A DNA stretch of 64,000 nt from an uncultured cyanobacterium (GCA_963749915.1 CAVVOP010000008.1:576001-640000), one strand, 5' to 3'. Shown: positions 31,061 to 41,585, counted from the first letter of the stretch. The notes: generated by a model not told the origin, from the letters alone. Made by a program: numbers and translations.

Positions 31061-33157
31061 TTAGTTATTTTGGGCTTGAATGGCGGTAATTACCACTGTA
31101 TTAATTATATCTTCGACGGTGCAACCACGACTGAGATCATTCACAGGCTTATTTAAACCCTGTAAAATTGGACCAATGGCCATCGCCTTGGTTTCTCTTT
31201 GCACGGCTTTATAAGTATTATTGCCAGTATTCAAATCCGGAAAAATAAATACTGTCGCTTTGCCTGCTACTTGAGAATTAGGCATTTTTTGGGCAGCGAC
31301 GGTGGAATCCACAGCGGCATCGTACTGCACTGGGCCTTCTAATTTTAACTCAGGTTGTCGCTGTTGAGCAATTTTAACTGCTTGACGTACTTTTTCCACT
31401 TCGGCCCCTTGACCAGAAGTCCCCGAAGAATAAGATAATAGAGCAACTCTAGGCTCGATGCCAAAAACTGCCGCAGTTTCCGCCGAAGATAAAGCAATTT
31501 CGGCCAACTGCTCGGGATTAGGATTAGGATTAACGGCACAATCGCCATAGACTAAGATGTGAGTCTCCAGACACATGAAAAATACCGAAGAAACTAGAGA
31601 AAATCCGGGTTTGGTTTTGATAATTTCCAAAGCAGGTCTAATGGTATTTTGAGTTGTGTGAATTGCACCAGATACCATCCCATCGGCATCACCAGCATAA
31701 ACCATCATTGTTGCCAAATAAGATAGGTCTTGGAGGCAGTCTCTGGCACCATCAATAGTGATACCTTTGTGTTTTCTTAATTGATAAAAAGTCTGAGCAT
31801 ATTCCTCAAACTGAGAAAATTGACTTGGTTCAACAATCTCCAGCTCATCAAGATTGAGGTTAATACCATGATGGTTAATGGATTCTTCAATGTCACGCCT
31901 CTGACCTAAAAAAACTAAATCGGCCATATTTTGAGCCAGTAACACAGAAGCAGCCCGCAGAATTCTCGGTTCTGCTCCTTCGGGTAAGACAATCTTCTGG
32001 GGATTGGATTTAGCTAAAGATTGAAGATGGTAAAGAAACATTTTCGGAGTCATCCCTACAGTCTGGATTTGCGCTAATCTGGCCTCTAAAAGAGGAAGAT
32101 TAATATATTCTGCAAAAACTTGCCGACTAAAACGAATTTTTTCGGGATTGGCTACGGTGGTATGAGAATAGACCTTTTCCGCTTGAATGGCAGTGGTGTA
32201 AGTATCTGTCTCTACCGCTAAAATTGGTAGAGGATTAACTAATCCTTCAATTAAGTTACAAACTGAAGGTTCCGGCTTAATTCCGCCAGTGAGCAAAATC
32301 CCTGCTAGATTAGGATAATTGCTCGACAGATTGCTTTGTAACATAGCTAAGATCAAATCACTACGATCCCCCGGTGTAATAATTAACTGACCCTCTTTTA
32401 ACCATTGCAAGGCATTTCCCACCTGCATCGCCGTGACGAGATAACCCAGAATCAGATTGTCCACTCTCTCTTCGCCATAAAGAATAGAGGCCTGAAGTTG
32501 TTCGGCTAAGTCCCCCACTTGCGGGGCATTTAAGCGGGGAATGTAAGGGATGATGGAAAGCAAATAGTTAGAGTAAGAGTATTCCGAGACTAAAATTTCC
32601 TGTAGGGGTTGTACTTGCTCTGGTGCCACTTTATTGACGACAATGCCAATAATTTCACATTGTTTCCGTTCATATTCTTTGATTGTTACGGTAATATTGC
32701 TAGTAATTTCCTCAATAGTTCGATTTTCCCCACTCACTAATAAAATGAGGGGACAGCCAAAATTTTGCGCAATAACAAAATTAAAATCTAATTCAAAATT
32801 AAGGTTTTTGCCGATATAATCGGAGCTTTCACAAAGAATAAAATCACATTTGGTTTCTAAATTTTTGTATTTAGTAATAATTCGGTGTAAAGCTTGCTCA
32901 AATTGATGATTATTGATCAGGTTAATCGCTTCGCTTTCTAATAAACCAAAGGATTCTTCATATTCTTGTGGCAGATTAAATTGATTAATAATTAGTTCAA
33001 TGTCTTCGTTTCTTTGGTTTGGTTTTCTTTCTTGAATAAAGGGGCGAAAAAATCCGATTTTAGTGGTTTTTCGCAGAGCTAGTTCCATGATTCCCAGAGC
33101 TAGTAAAGCTTTCCCACTTTCTGGCTCTAGGGTACTAAGATAAACAGAAGTGGCCAT
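31061..33157 (-). CDS. pta: Phosphate acetyltransferase, long form with DRTGG domain
   Basis: ITPGDRSD...LTGG and PTA domain (EGPVQYDAA, FPDLNTGNNTYK, NDLSRG). ATG at 33157; the upstream extension in the ORF track is repeat-derived. Confidence 0.93.
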   Translation of the reverse strand: MATSVYLSTLEPESGKALLALGIMELALRKTTKIGFFRPFIQERKPNQRNEDIELIINQFNLPQEYEESFGLLESEAINLINNHQFEQALHRIITKYKNLETKCDFILCESSDYIGKNLNFELDFNFVIAQNFGCPLILLVSGENRTIEEITSNITVTIKEYERKQCEIIGIVVNKVAPEQVQPLQEILVSEYSYSNYLLSIIPYIPRLNAPQVGDLAEQLQASILYGEERVDNLILGYLVTAMQVGNALQWLKEGQLIITPGDRSDLILAMLQSNLSSNYPNLAGILLTGGIKPEPSVCNLIEGLVNPLPILAVETDTYTTAIQAEKVYSHTTVANPEKIRFSRQVFAEYINLPLLEARLAQIQTVGMTPKMFLYHLQSLAKSNPQKIVLPEGAEPRILRAASVLLAQNMADLVFLGQRRDIEESINHHGINLNLDELEIVEPSQFSQFEEYAQTFYQLRKHKGITIDGARDCLQDLSYLATMMVYAGDADGMVSGAIHTTQNTIRPALEIIKTKPGFSLVSSVFFMCLETHILVYGDCAVNPNPNPEQLAEIALSSAETAAVFGIEPRVALLSYSSGTSGQGAEVEKVRQAVKIAQQRQPELKLEGPVQYDAAVDSTVAAQKMPNSQVAGKATVFIFPDLNTGNNTYKAVQRETKAMAIGPILQGLNKPVNDLSRGCTVEDIINTVVITAIQAQNN

Positions 33158-33172
33158 AATTTTAATTAATAG

Positions 33173-33216
33173 GTAATAAGTAATAAGTAATAAGTAATAA
33201 GTAATAAGTAATAAGT
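33173..33216. repeat. Heptamer tandem repeat (GTAATAA)x6
   Basis: Visible directly upstream of pta. Confidence 0.95.
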
Positions 33217-33361
33217 TTTTACTTGAAATTTTAGAGGATTTTAAAATTCTCAAGTATTTAGTTATATTATAAAAATAAAAACTTAAATAAATAAATAATT
33301 TTGTTAGTGTTTCTTGACAATGTTAAGTTAATAAAAAACATAATATAACAGACTTTTTAAG

Positions 33362-34249
33362 ATGAAATCTCTTCTGATTTTTTTTGCTATTTTTCTGGGT
33401 TTAATCTTTTCAGAGTCGAACTCTTATTCCTTTTTAATCAAATATATAATTATGGTTATGCTGTTTTTTTCTTTCTTGGAGGAAGATTTTCTCGCCCATA
33501 AATATCTTTATCTGGAAGCTCTAAAAGTTTTTTTGTTAATGGTAATAGTTGCCTTGTTTTTTTATGCAATTATTAATTTATATTGGGATCAAGAATTAGC
33601 TTTGATTGCCTTTTTAGTGGCGATTACACCTACGGCAACCGGGGCTCCTGTGGTGATGAGTTTGACGAGAAAAAATGTAAGCTATGTGACGACTTCAATT
33701 ATTCTAACTACTTTTCTGGCTTCGCTCCTTTTATCCTTTCTCTTACCTTTAATTACTCAGAGCTCAGCAAAGATCTCCACGGGCGGGATTCTCTTTTCCA
33801 CCCTGATCATTGTCGTTATTCCCCTTGGGTTGTGCCAACTTCTCAAAAAATTTTCTGCCGGGACTGTGGATTTTTTGCGGCAATGGAGATGGCTCTCCTT
33901 TTATTTCTGGCTCTTGGTTCTCTATTTAGCGACGTCAAAGACGGTCTTTTATCTCCGCAATCAGGCGTCATCTCCAATTGGGAGAATCGTCCAAATAGCT
34001 CTAATCTCCCTGACTATTTGTATTGTTAACTTTACTTTAGGTCGGATACTGGGTGGAGCTCGTTATTCTTGGGAAACTAGCCAAAGTCTAGGGCAAAAAA
34101 ATACCATGTTTATGGTTTGGATTGGTCTGCAATTTCTGAGTCCCATAACTGCTTTGGGACCTATGTTTTACGTGCTGTATCAAAACCTATATAATTCCTA
34201 CTTAATTTCTTCTTATCAAAAAAACAGTAGTCGTTCCAGAGGTCTTTAA
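33362..34249 (+). CDS. Bile acid:sodium symporter (BASS)-like membrane transporter
   Basis: PTATGAPV and QSLGQKNT motifs, about 9-10 TM helices. Confidence 0.75.
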   Translation: MKSLLIFFAIFLGLIFSESNSYSFLIKYIIMVMLFFSFLEEDFLAHKYLYLEALKVFLLMVIVALFFYAIINLYWDQELALIAFLVAITPTATGAPVVMSLTRKNVSYVTTSIILTTFLASLLLSFLLPLITQSSAKISTGGILFSTLIIVVIPLGLCQLLKKFSAGTVDFLRQWRWLSFYFWLLVLYLATSKTVFYLRNQASSPIGRIVQIALISLTICIVNFTLGRILGGARYSWETSQSLGQKNTMFMVWIGLQFLSPITALGPMFYVLYQNLYNSYLISSYQKNSSRSRGL

Positions 34250-34294
34250 TATTCTTATTCCTTAATCTCTTATATTAATTATTGCCGCATTTAT

Positions 34295-34364
34295 GCTGAA
34301 AAACTTGATCAAAGGAGAAGTGTGGGGAGTGTGGGAAGCACCGTTCGTTTTGGCATTTTTCTCC
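34295..34364 (+). repeat. 70-bp dispersed repeat, exact reverse complement of 52000-52069
   Basis: gctgaaaaacttgatcaaaggagaagtgtggggagtgtgggaagcaccgttcgttttggcatttttctcc matches 70/70. Confidence 0.93.
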
Positions 34365-34432
34365 CCCCTCTTCCCTATCCTTGTCACAACACATAATTAT
34401 TCAAATCCCTCGCAGTATTGAGGTGTGGGTAG

Positions 34433-34780
34433 TTAATCGAGTAACCAATCATCTGGATGGGTAATCATCTTTACTAACCCACTCAGAACTTGATTATAAG
34501 TTCCGTAAAGTTCTCTTCCTTGTTCGACCGTGAGATACTGACATGAGACGGCAAACTTTAACCAAACTTGAGTTTCTGCCGCTTCTGCCTCACAATCATT
34601 CAGTTTAGCCACAAAAGTTGCTTTATATCGGCGTTTTCTCCAAGCTTCTGCTAGATTGGCCCAGACTGAGCGACAGGAGCGACGAATTTGGTCGGTTAAT
34701 GAATATTTTTCTTCCACAGGAAACTTTTTAGACAGCTCAAAAATTTGCATTGCTGTCTTAAATGCCAATTGATAAATGCC
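34433..34780 (-). pseudogene. Four-helix-bundle protein (23S rRNA intervening-sequence/Avd-like family), 5'-truncated
   Basis: FP.EEKYSLTDQIRRS.RSV.ANLAEA...EAAET..W. The upstream frame (GIYQLAF) runs into the ISAs1 remnant with no normal start. Confidence 0.72.
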
Positions 34781-34818
34781 TTTGACTGAGCAGCCAATCG
34801 CGAAACCCGTGTCTGTTT

Positions 34819-34962
34819 CAAGAAAAGACGACTAAGCGACTAAGGTTGGCATCGAGAACAAGAGGCTTAAGGCAGGTTGGGATAATCGTTATTTGGAAAC
34901 TGTACTCAGTTGCCTCAGTCTTTCTAGTTCCTAAATGTTAAGAAACGCGTGCGATTCTCCTG
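34819..34962 (+). mobile_element. ISAs1-family element, right-end remnant
   Basis: QEKTTK/VGIENKRLKAGWDNRYLETVL is the ISAs1 transposase C-terminus, broken by an 8-bp duplication (cgactaag). Ends in IR GTGCGATTCTCCTG. Confidence 0.8.
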
Positions 34963-35082
34963 ATTTCTAAACTCGTCCAGCCACAATCTTGAGAAAAAAT
35001 GTTAGAACAATTAACAGTGGACAGTGAATGCCTAGATCATAAATTGAGATCAAAAATCATTAAGTTATTATAAGCAAATATC

Positions 35083-36549
35083 ATGCAACAGTTAGAAAAA
35101 CCGTGGCAATCATACTCATTATCAGACTGGCGACAAGGTTATGAATCCCAACCCCAAGAATTTGAGTATATTATCGACGATATAGAAGGGGAGATACCCG
35201 TCGATTTATCCGGTACATTGTACCGCAACGGTCCCGGACTGTTAGAAATTCAAGGCACGCCCTTACAACATCCCTTTGATGGTGATGGCATGATTTGTGC
35301 TTTTACCTTTAAAAACGGGCATTGTTTTTTCCGTAATCGTTTTGTCAAAACTAAAGAATATTTAGCGGAACAAAAAGCGGGTAAAATGCTTTATCGCGGT
35401 ATATTCGGTAGTCAAAAACCCGGCGGTTGGTTAGCTAACTTATTCGACATTCGAGTGAAAAATATTGCCAATACTAATGTTATCCATTGGGGTAATAAAC
35501 TCTTAGCTTTATGGGAAGCCGCACAACCTTATGGCCTCAATCCCGAAAATTTAGAGACAATAGGTTTAGATGACTTAGACGGTATTTTACAAAAAGGAGA
35601 TGTTTTTAGTGCACATCCAAGAATTGACCCCCATTCCCCATTTAATAATGGTAGGCCCTCTTTAGTTAATTTTGGCATTAAACAGGGAGTTTCTAGCACT
35701 ATTACGGTGTACGAATTTGACGAATTAGGGAAAATTTTACAAAAATATAGTCATGAAACCCCCGGATTCTGTTTTATCCATGATTTTGTCATTACCCCTA
35801 ACTATTGCATCTTTTTTCAAAATCCCACTACTTATAACCCTTTACCCTTTATTTTTGGTTTCAAAGGTGCAGGGGAATGTCTCGATTTTCAAAGTAGCCA
35901 ACCCACCAAAATTATTTTAATTCCCCGTAACGCACCTCATGATAGAGTTATCATCTCAGAAACGGAAGCGGGATTTATTTTTCATCATAGTAATGCCTTT
36001 GAGGCAAATAATCAGGAAATTGTCATAGACTCTATTTGTTATGCTGAATTAAGCCAAATCGATCCTGATAATAGTTATAAAGAAGTAGATTTTGATAAAC
36101 TTCCACCGGGGCAACTATGGCGCTTTAAACTTAATTTAGCTACTAAAAAAGTCACAAAAGAATTAATTAACTCTCGTTGCGTGGAATTTCCCTCTATCAA
36201 CCCCGAAAATGTCGGGCGAGATTACCGCTATGTTTTTATTGGTGCGACGGATCACCCCACAAAAAATGCCCCTTTGCAAGCCTTACTAAAACTGGATTTA
36301 GGGACAAAAAAAGAACAAATATACTCTTTTGCTCCGAAAGGCTTTGCCGGTGAACCAGTATTTATACCTAAAAACAACCCGGAATCGGAAGACGATGGTT
36401 GGGTATTGGATTTAATTTATGATTCTAGTCACCATCGTTCAGATTTAGTTATATTTGACGGCAAAGATATTAGTCAACCAGTGGCAACATTACACTTAAA
36501 ACAACATATCCCCTATGGATTGCATGGCAGTTGGAAAACAAACAATTAA
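35083..36549 (+). CDS. Carotenoid cleavage oxygenase (RPE65 family)
   Basis: YRNGP, HPFDGDG, and Fe-ligand His in SAHP, FIHDF, FHHSNA and GLHG. Confidence 0.92.
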   Translation: MQQLEKPWQSYSLSDWRQGYESQPQEFEYIIDDIEGEIPVDLSGTLYRNGPGLLEIQGTPLQHPFDGDGMICAFTFKNGHCFFRNRFVKTKEYLAEQKAGKMLYRGIFGSQKPGGWLANLFDIRVKNIANTNVIHWGNKLLALWEAAQPYGLNPENLETIGLDDLDGILQKGDVFSAHPRIDPHSPFNNGRPSLVNFGIKQGVSSTITVYEFDELGKILQKYSHETPGFCFIHDFVITPNYCIFFQNPTTYNPLPFIFGFKGAGECLDFQSSQPTKIILIPRNAPHDRVIISETEAGFIFHHSNAFEANNQEIVIDSICYAELSQIDPDNSYKEVDFDKLPPGQLWRFKLNLATKKVTKELINSRCVEFPSINPENVGRDYRYVFIGATDHPTKNAPLQALLKLDLGTKKEQIYSFAPKGFAGEPVFIPKNNPESEDDGWVLDLIYDSSHHRSDLVIFDGKDISQPVATLHLKQHIPYGLHGSWKTNN

Positions 36550-36752
36550 CAATTAGCGTGGGGGATAATAACATTATACCCTTGCTAGTTAATGACAAAG
36601 TGGTTTCTTTCCTCATATATATCTGTGAATAAGTGCTGAAAAAAACATTAAGAATATTGAATTTTCCTCTCAGTTTCAATAGTTATGAGTTTTTTGAGCT
36701 AACCTATAAAGTAGGAAATTGTCAATTTTATACTTTATCATAGAGAGTTTTT

Positions 36753-36893
36753 ATGTCTGACTTGAATCGTGGCATCATGAAATTTGACGGTGCAGACAAG
36801 CCGATTATTGTTGGTATATCTGCCGTGATTATTTTAGGAAGTATTGCAGCCTTAATTATTTGGTCACTAAAAGTTGCCTATGTGGTAGCTTAA
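36753..36893 (+). CDS. 46-aa single-TM small protein
   Basis: Translated by hand: MSDLNRGIMKFDGADKPIIVGISAVIILGSIAALIIWSLKVAYVVA*. Below the ORF-track cutoff; resembles a conserved cyanobacterial small protein. Confidence 0.75.
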   Translation: MSDLNRGIMKFDGADKPIIVGISAVIILGSIAALIIWSLKVAYVVA

Positions 36894-37053
36894 TTTTTTT
36901 ACTTTTAAATACCCTAAAGTAACTCATTTTTTGCCCCTATCTTATTCTTTTAAATAAAAATGTAGGGGTTTTGTCACACAAAATAAATTATTGTGGGGAT
37001 AGAAAATTTTAAAACCTATCATATATTAAAGGATTATTAATTAAACTAAAAAA

Positions 37054-37404
37054 ATGTCAAAATTTATTAATAGTCAAATAGTTTGTTTAGACGGTCAAAA
37101 TAAATCTTTATATTGTCAAGTAATTGACGTTATTGATGATCGTAAAATATCTTGGGTTAGACCTGTTATTTTGGTAGATTTAAAAACTAAATATAATAAC
37201 TATTTTTGTCATAAAAATGATGTTTATGACTTGCGCTTTACCTCTGATTTATTATGGAAAATTGATGATTTTAGAATAGTTTTAGATACAGAATATATAC
37301 AATTTTTAGCAAACTTACAAGAATTCGAATTTGACGAGGATAAGCTAATCATTGCTAAACAAAAGTTAAGACTTTTTATTCAAGAAATCTTGGCAACTAA
37401 CTAA
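37054..37404 (+). CDS. Conserved hypothetical cyanobacterial protein
   Basis: QIVCL...LYCQVI...WVRP...DLR..SDLLW...LDTE pattern. Confidence 0.7.
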   Translation: MSKFINSQIVCLDGQNKSLYCQVIDVIDDRKISWVRPVILVDLKTKYNNYFCHKNDVYDLRFTSDLLWKIDDFRIVLDTEYIQFLANLQEFEFDEDKLIIAKQKLRLFIQEILATN

Positions 37405-37465
37405 TAATTAATAATTAATAATTAATAATAATAATAACAATAACAATAACAATAACAATAACAAT
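37402..37465. repeat. Compound microsatellite (TAATAAT/TAATTAA heptamers, then ATAACA hexamers)
   Basis: Visible directly, starting at the upstream gene's stop codon. Confidence 0.85.
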
Positions 37466-37483
37466 CGATTCTGTATTATTTCT

Positions 37484-38959
37484 ATGATTACAAAAAGAGA
37501 ATACCAAGAATGGGAAAGACGCAGAAATAAAGCTCAACAACATCGTAAAAAAAAGAGCAATTTTCTTGCTACTTTATGGGTGACGATCGTTTTTTTATCC
37601 ATCGGTTTGACTATCAAAAATAATCCTCAATTTTTTGGACTAGTTTCTGAAGAATTGACGTGGAAAAACGTTTTTAATTCTTTATCTTTTTCTCCTAATT
37701 CTCTTAAATTCTTAACAGAAGAATTTGTTACAAAAATTGACGAGCCTATTGTTATCAACAATCCGGATAATCTTCAGGAAAAAAGATTTACCACCATTGA
37801 TAATAAAGCTCTGGCTGTCCAATATACAGGCAATTCCGTTAAAGATTTGGCTAATATTTTATCTCAAAATGCCGCTACCGAGGAAGAAAAAGCAAGAATT
37901 ATTTATACATGGATTACCCATAATATTAGTTATGATGTGGAGGCTTTATCTGATTTATTTGAAAAAAATATTTATCCTGACGTTAAAGCAGAAACAGTTT
38001 TAAATACTCGATCGACTATTTGTTCAGGTTATGCTAATTTATATCAACAATTAGCTCAATATATGGGGCTAAAATCTTTGATTATAACTGGCTATGCTAA
38101 AGGAATCAATTATATTGTTGGGAAAGACAACCAAGTAAATCATGCTTGGAATGGAGTTAAAATTGATGGTAATTGGTATCTAATTGATACAACTTGGGGT
38201 GCAGGTACTGTCAATAATAATGTTTTTTCCGCTCTATTTAATCCTTATTATTTCGCTCCAAAGCCACAAGAATTTATTTATAGTCATTTTCCAGAAAATT
38301 CCCAATGGCAATTATTAAATACTCCTATTTCTCGTTCCCAATTTGATACTTTTGCTGATGTTTCTTCTACTTTATTTGAGTACAATATAAAATTAATTAG
38401 CCATAAAAATTTACGAATTGATACAGATAACCGTCTCAATATTACCTTAAAAGCACCTAAAAATGTGGTGGCAATCGCCAAATTAAAATCAGCAGAACAA
38501 GAATTATCAGATAACTATACCTTTGTGCAAAAACAGGGAGAAAATATCATTGTTAACACGAATTTTCCTGAAAAAGGTAATTATGAATTAGAAATATTTG
38601 CTAAACCAAAAGATGAGGATAATAATTATCCTTTAATAGTGACTTATCAAATTTCTGCCAATAGTGGTAGTAATGGTAATAAATTCCCTGTCACTTTTCA
38701 ACATTTTGCTGACCATAATGGTTACTTAGAGTCACCGTTAACCGCCAATTTACCCACTAACCAAAGTACTTATTTTAAATTGAAAATTGATTCAGCGACA
38801 GATGTGAAAGTATTGAATAAATCTACCAATAAATGGCAGGATTTAACTCGTTATGGTAACGTCTTTACAGGGAATATCGATATAGATTCAGGAAAAATAA
38901 TAGTATTCGCTAAGTTTCCCCAGGACTCCCGTTATTGGGCTTTATTAGAATACAATTAA
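37484..38959 (+). CDS. Membrane-anchored transglutaminase-like protease (CYK3/KY-like)
   Basis: TM near N-terminus, triad TICSGYA / NHAWN / LIDTTWG, then beta-rich C-terminal modules. Confidence 0.82.
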   Translation: MITKREYQEWERRRNKAQQHRKKKSNFLATLWVTIVFLSIGLTIKNNPQFFGLVSEELTWKNVFNSLSFSPNSLKFLTEEFVTKIDEPIVINNPDNLQEKRFTTIDNKALAVQYTGNSVKDLANILSQNAATEEEKARIIYTWITHNISYDVEALSDLFEKNIYPDVKAETVLNTRSTICSGYANLYQQLAQYMGLKSLIITGYAKGINYIVGKDNQVNHAWNGVKIDGNWYLIDTTWGAGTVNNNVFSALFNPYYFAPKPQEFIYSHFPENSQWQLLNTPISRSQFDTFADVSSTLFEYNIKLISHKNLRIDTDNRLNITLKAPKNVVAIAKLKSAEQELSDNYTFVQKQGENIIVNTNFPEKGNYELEIFAKPKDEDNNYPLIVTYQISANSGSNGNKFPVTFQHFADHNGYLESPLTANLPTNQSTYFKLKIDSATDVKVLNKSTNKWQDLTRYGNVFTGNIDIDSGKIIVFAKFPQDSRYWALLEYN

Positions 38960-39044
38960 TCAGCCTCAGTCATACTAATTTTGTGAGGTTTTTTTCATGT
39001 TTACTTGTTGTATTTATTTTCCTCGGTAAATTGAGGTTAGGATT

Positions 39045-39605
39045 TTATTCTAGGCGATCGCCAGGACAAATTTTCGGAGTATAATCAATACATTGTGGTT
39101 TTAAAGTCTTAACTAAATCAATAAATTCTTTCGCGTTTTTACCAGTAATATTTAAAGCAGAAATAGTTTCTTTTTTCGGATTATCCACATAATGAATTGT
39201 AATTTCTTCAGTACCCGAAGAGCCAAATTTCTTTAAAGTATCAAGGGCAAATTGACAAGTCCAAGAATATTCACCCATATAAACCTTGCCTTGATCTGCC
39301 TCATAATTCCAAGTAAATTTGTAATTAGGCTCTCTATCCTTGCAAAAATTCACTGAAACTTCTAACATTTTCGCCAAATGGACTTCATAAAGCCTTAAAC
39401 CATCTGTTACAGGAGTTGTAGTAGTTGCCTCAGAAGCACGAAATGTTCCTGAACGACCAGAAAAGTCTCCCCCAGCACCAGCAAAATTAATATAAGCATT
39501 AGAAACAGGAATAGCTGTAACCGAAGCCGCAAAGGAGAAAATACTTGTACAACTTAAAGAAGTAATACCTAATAGTAATCGAGTTAAAGGTAATTTCTTA
39601 ATCAT
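39045..39605 (-). CDS. Hypothetical secreted protein
   Basis: Signal-peptide-like N-terminus from ATG 39605 and several Cys. Confidence 0.65.
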   Translation of the reverse strand: MIKKLPLTRLLLGITSLSCTSIFSFAASVTAIPVSNAYINFAGAGGDFSGRSGTFRASEATTTTPVTDGLRLYEVHLAKMLEVSVNFCKDREPNYKFTWNYEADQGKVYMGEYSWTCQFALDTLKKFGSSGTEEITIHYVDNPKKETISALNITGKNAKEFIDLVKTLKPQCIDYTPKICPGDRLE

Positions 39606-39717
39606 AATGTTTGATTGAATCCTCAAAATTGTTGCGATGAATTCGGATTGAAGAAGGGGTTTTTTCTCTCCGAATTATGTCATAAATATTAATTGTTGCT
39701 ATGAAAGGGCTGAAAAA

Positions 39718-40182
39718 TTATCCCCCATAAACAGCCGCATCAGGAATGATAATAAATAATCTATCATTTCCTTCTGTAATTCCTATATACCACTCATCTC
39801 CATCTTTTCCCCAATCCAATTTTCCGCCGAAAGTGGTGGTAACATTCCCTTTATTGAAATCATACTGAACTTCGTAGTTATTGGGAAATTGAACTACAAC
39901 ACTAGCGACTCCATTCCCCTTGCGTACAATACCTCCAGGGCATTGTTCATCATGATTAGGTTCCCCCACCGAGCATTTAAAATAAGCGGTGGCATTGTAA
40001 TAATCACCTACTTTATAAGGATGTGGAGGAAGTTCAGCAAGAAGATTATTTTCAGCGAACTGATTTGCAGGAAAATTCGAGACAGAAACAGCATCCCCAC
40101 TATTAAAAGAATGAGGGATAATAGCTAATCCTAATGTGGCAACGGCTAAAGAAAATGAACCTAAGACCGATTTTTTGTCCAT
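39718..40182 (-). CDS. Hypothetical secreted protein with Cys pair
   Basis: Signal-like N-terminus; ATAYFKC...QCPGGIVR...IIPDAAVYGG domain. Confidence 0.7.
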   Translation of the reverse strand: MDKKSVLGSFSLAVATLGLAIIPHSFNSGDAVSVSNFPANQFAENNLLAELPPHPYKVGDYYNATAYFKCSVGEPNHDEQCPGGIVRKGNGVASVVVQFPNNYEVQYDFNKGNVTTTFGGKLDWGKDGDEWYIGITEGNDRLFIIIPDAAVYGG

Positions 40183-40329
40183 AATTATGTCTTTGTGGTT
40201 ATTTTTGATTCAAGAAAATTAATTTCATTCTGAATTTTAAATTAAAGGATGTTTTAATATTGCAAATGTTCCCAAGCCTTGTTCATTTTGAACTTGGTAA
40301 TTAATTGTATCATTAGATTTGACTAAATT

Positions 40330-40719
40330 TTAATTACCATATAGCCATCGGTAAAGCCAACTTTTTTTGTTTCGATGACGAATTTTTTTTACCTTTTCAG
40401 AAAGATAATATTTTTGTTTTTCAGAAAGTCCACCCTGCAAAATATAAATACTTTGCCACACTAAAACGGAAGTAGTAAAACCAATGCAAAAACTTAACCC
40501 CAATGTCGCCCAAGGATTAAATTCCAAGCCTAAACGTAGGGCTGACCATGTAAAATAATCTTGACACAAAGAAATCGTTTCTCGCAATTGCCACAATGCC
40601 CAAGGTAGAATCAAAATCCACGACGTAGCCACTAATACCCATCTACCATAAACGGTTAATTGATGTAGTCTATTGATTTCTCGATCTGAAATGGAGTTAT
40701 TTTCAATGTGGCTATTCAT
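40330..40719 (-). CDS. Conserved hypothetical membrane protein
   Basis: RLHQLTVYGRW, two TMs and a basic C-terminus. Confidence 0.72.
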   Translation of the reverse strand: MNSHIENNSISDREINRLHQLTVYGRWVLVATSWILILPWALWQLRETISLCQDYFTWSALRLGLEFNPWATLGLSFCIGFTTSVLVWQSIYILQGGLSEKQKYYLSEKVKKIRHRNKKSWLYRWLYGN

Positions 40720-40811
40720 AACAGAATTTAAAGAGTAAATTTTAAACTTTTCATTACCTTTTCTTAACTTCTACAGGATAATCTTATGGTTGAGTCAATG
40801 TTATCCTCTCA

Positions 40812-41435
40812 ATGACACTAATTTTTATGTTACTTACCTCTCCTTTCAACATTAATAATAACTTAAGTCCCCAGATTCAATCAAGTGAAAGAAAGTTACA
40901 TTTTTATGAGCGGGGAGAAGATATTCCTTTTCTTAGTCAAGGTATTTGGCAGGTTAATCGTGGGATAGTACAGTTATTTAGGTTTAATAACCACGGGGAA
41001 GAAACTTTGTTAGGGTGGGTACAGTCAGATAATTTTTTTGGTGTTTGTTTAACTTCTCTGAATACTCTTCAAGCTAGGGCTTTATCAGACGTATATTTAT
41101 CGTGGTATTCTTCCCTCGAAATTGAAAAAGATGAGGATTTGGCACGGAAAATACTCCCCCAAGTTATGAAACGTCTTCAACAAAGTGAACAATTATTGGC
41201 GATCGCAGGCATCAAAAGAGTAGAAGATAGACTTTTACAACTATTGAAATTGTTAGAGAAAGAAATGGGAGAAACAAGGGGGTCTGGCGTAAGAATAAAG
41301 GTAAGATTTACCCATCAAAACTTAGCCAATGCTATTGGTTCAACTAGGGTGACCGTGACGAGATTATTAGGAGATTTACAAAAACAAGGATTAATTTCCC
41401 TCGACAGTAGTCGTCATATCTGTATACATAAATAA
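40812..41435 (+). CDS. Crp/Fnr-family transcriptional regulator
   Basis: C-terminal HTH THQNLANAIGSTRVTVTRLL. Confidence 0.9.
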   Translation: MTLIFMLLTSPFNINNNLSPQIQSSERKLHFYERGEDIPFLSQGIWQVNRGIVQLFRFNNHGEETLLGWVQSDNFFGVCLTSLNTLQARALSDVYLSWYSSLEIEKDEDLARKILPQVMKRLQQSEQLLAIAGIKRVEDRLLQLLKLLEKEMGETRGSGVRIKVRFTHQNLANAIGSTRVTVTRLLGDLQKQGLISLDSSRHICIHK

Positions 41436-41585
41436 AACTCGATCGCCATTGTCATAGAGTATCTATGTACAATTCTCCTTCCCTAACAATCACATTTACG
41501 ACCTAGGCACAAGATCAAAGTAAAACTCAGGGTTAAAAAATGATAAGATGATTTTTGCTATAGCTAGTAATATTAGAGAAAATAA

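Noticed and set aside
33158..33253. N-terminal extension of Pta ([15 protein letters not shown]) as a signal peptide or TM helix
   Set aside because: It is the translation of the GTAATAA heptamer array. The likely start is ATG 33157.
34433..34780. Avd-like four-helix-bundle gene as part of a diversity-generating retroelement
   Set aside because: No reverse transcriptase or TR/VR pair is visible in the window, the gene is 5'-truncated, and the family is commonly stand-alone in cyanobacteria.
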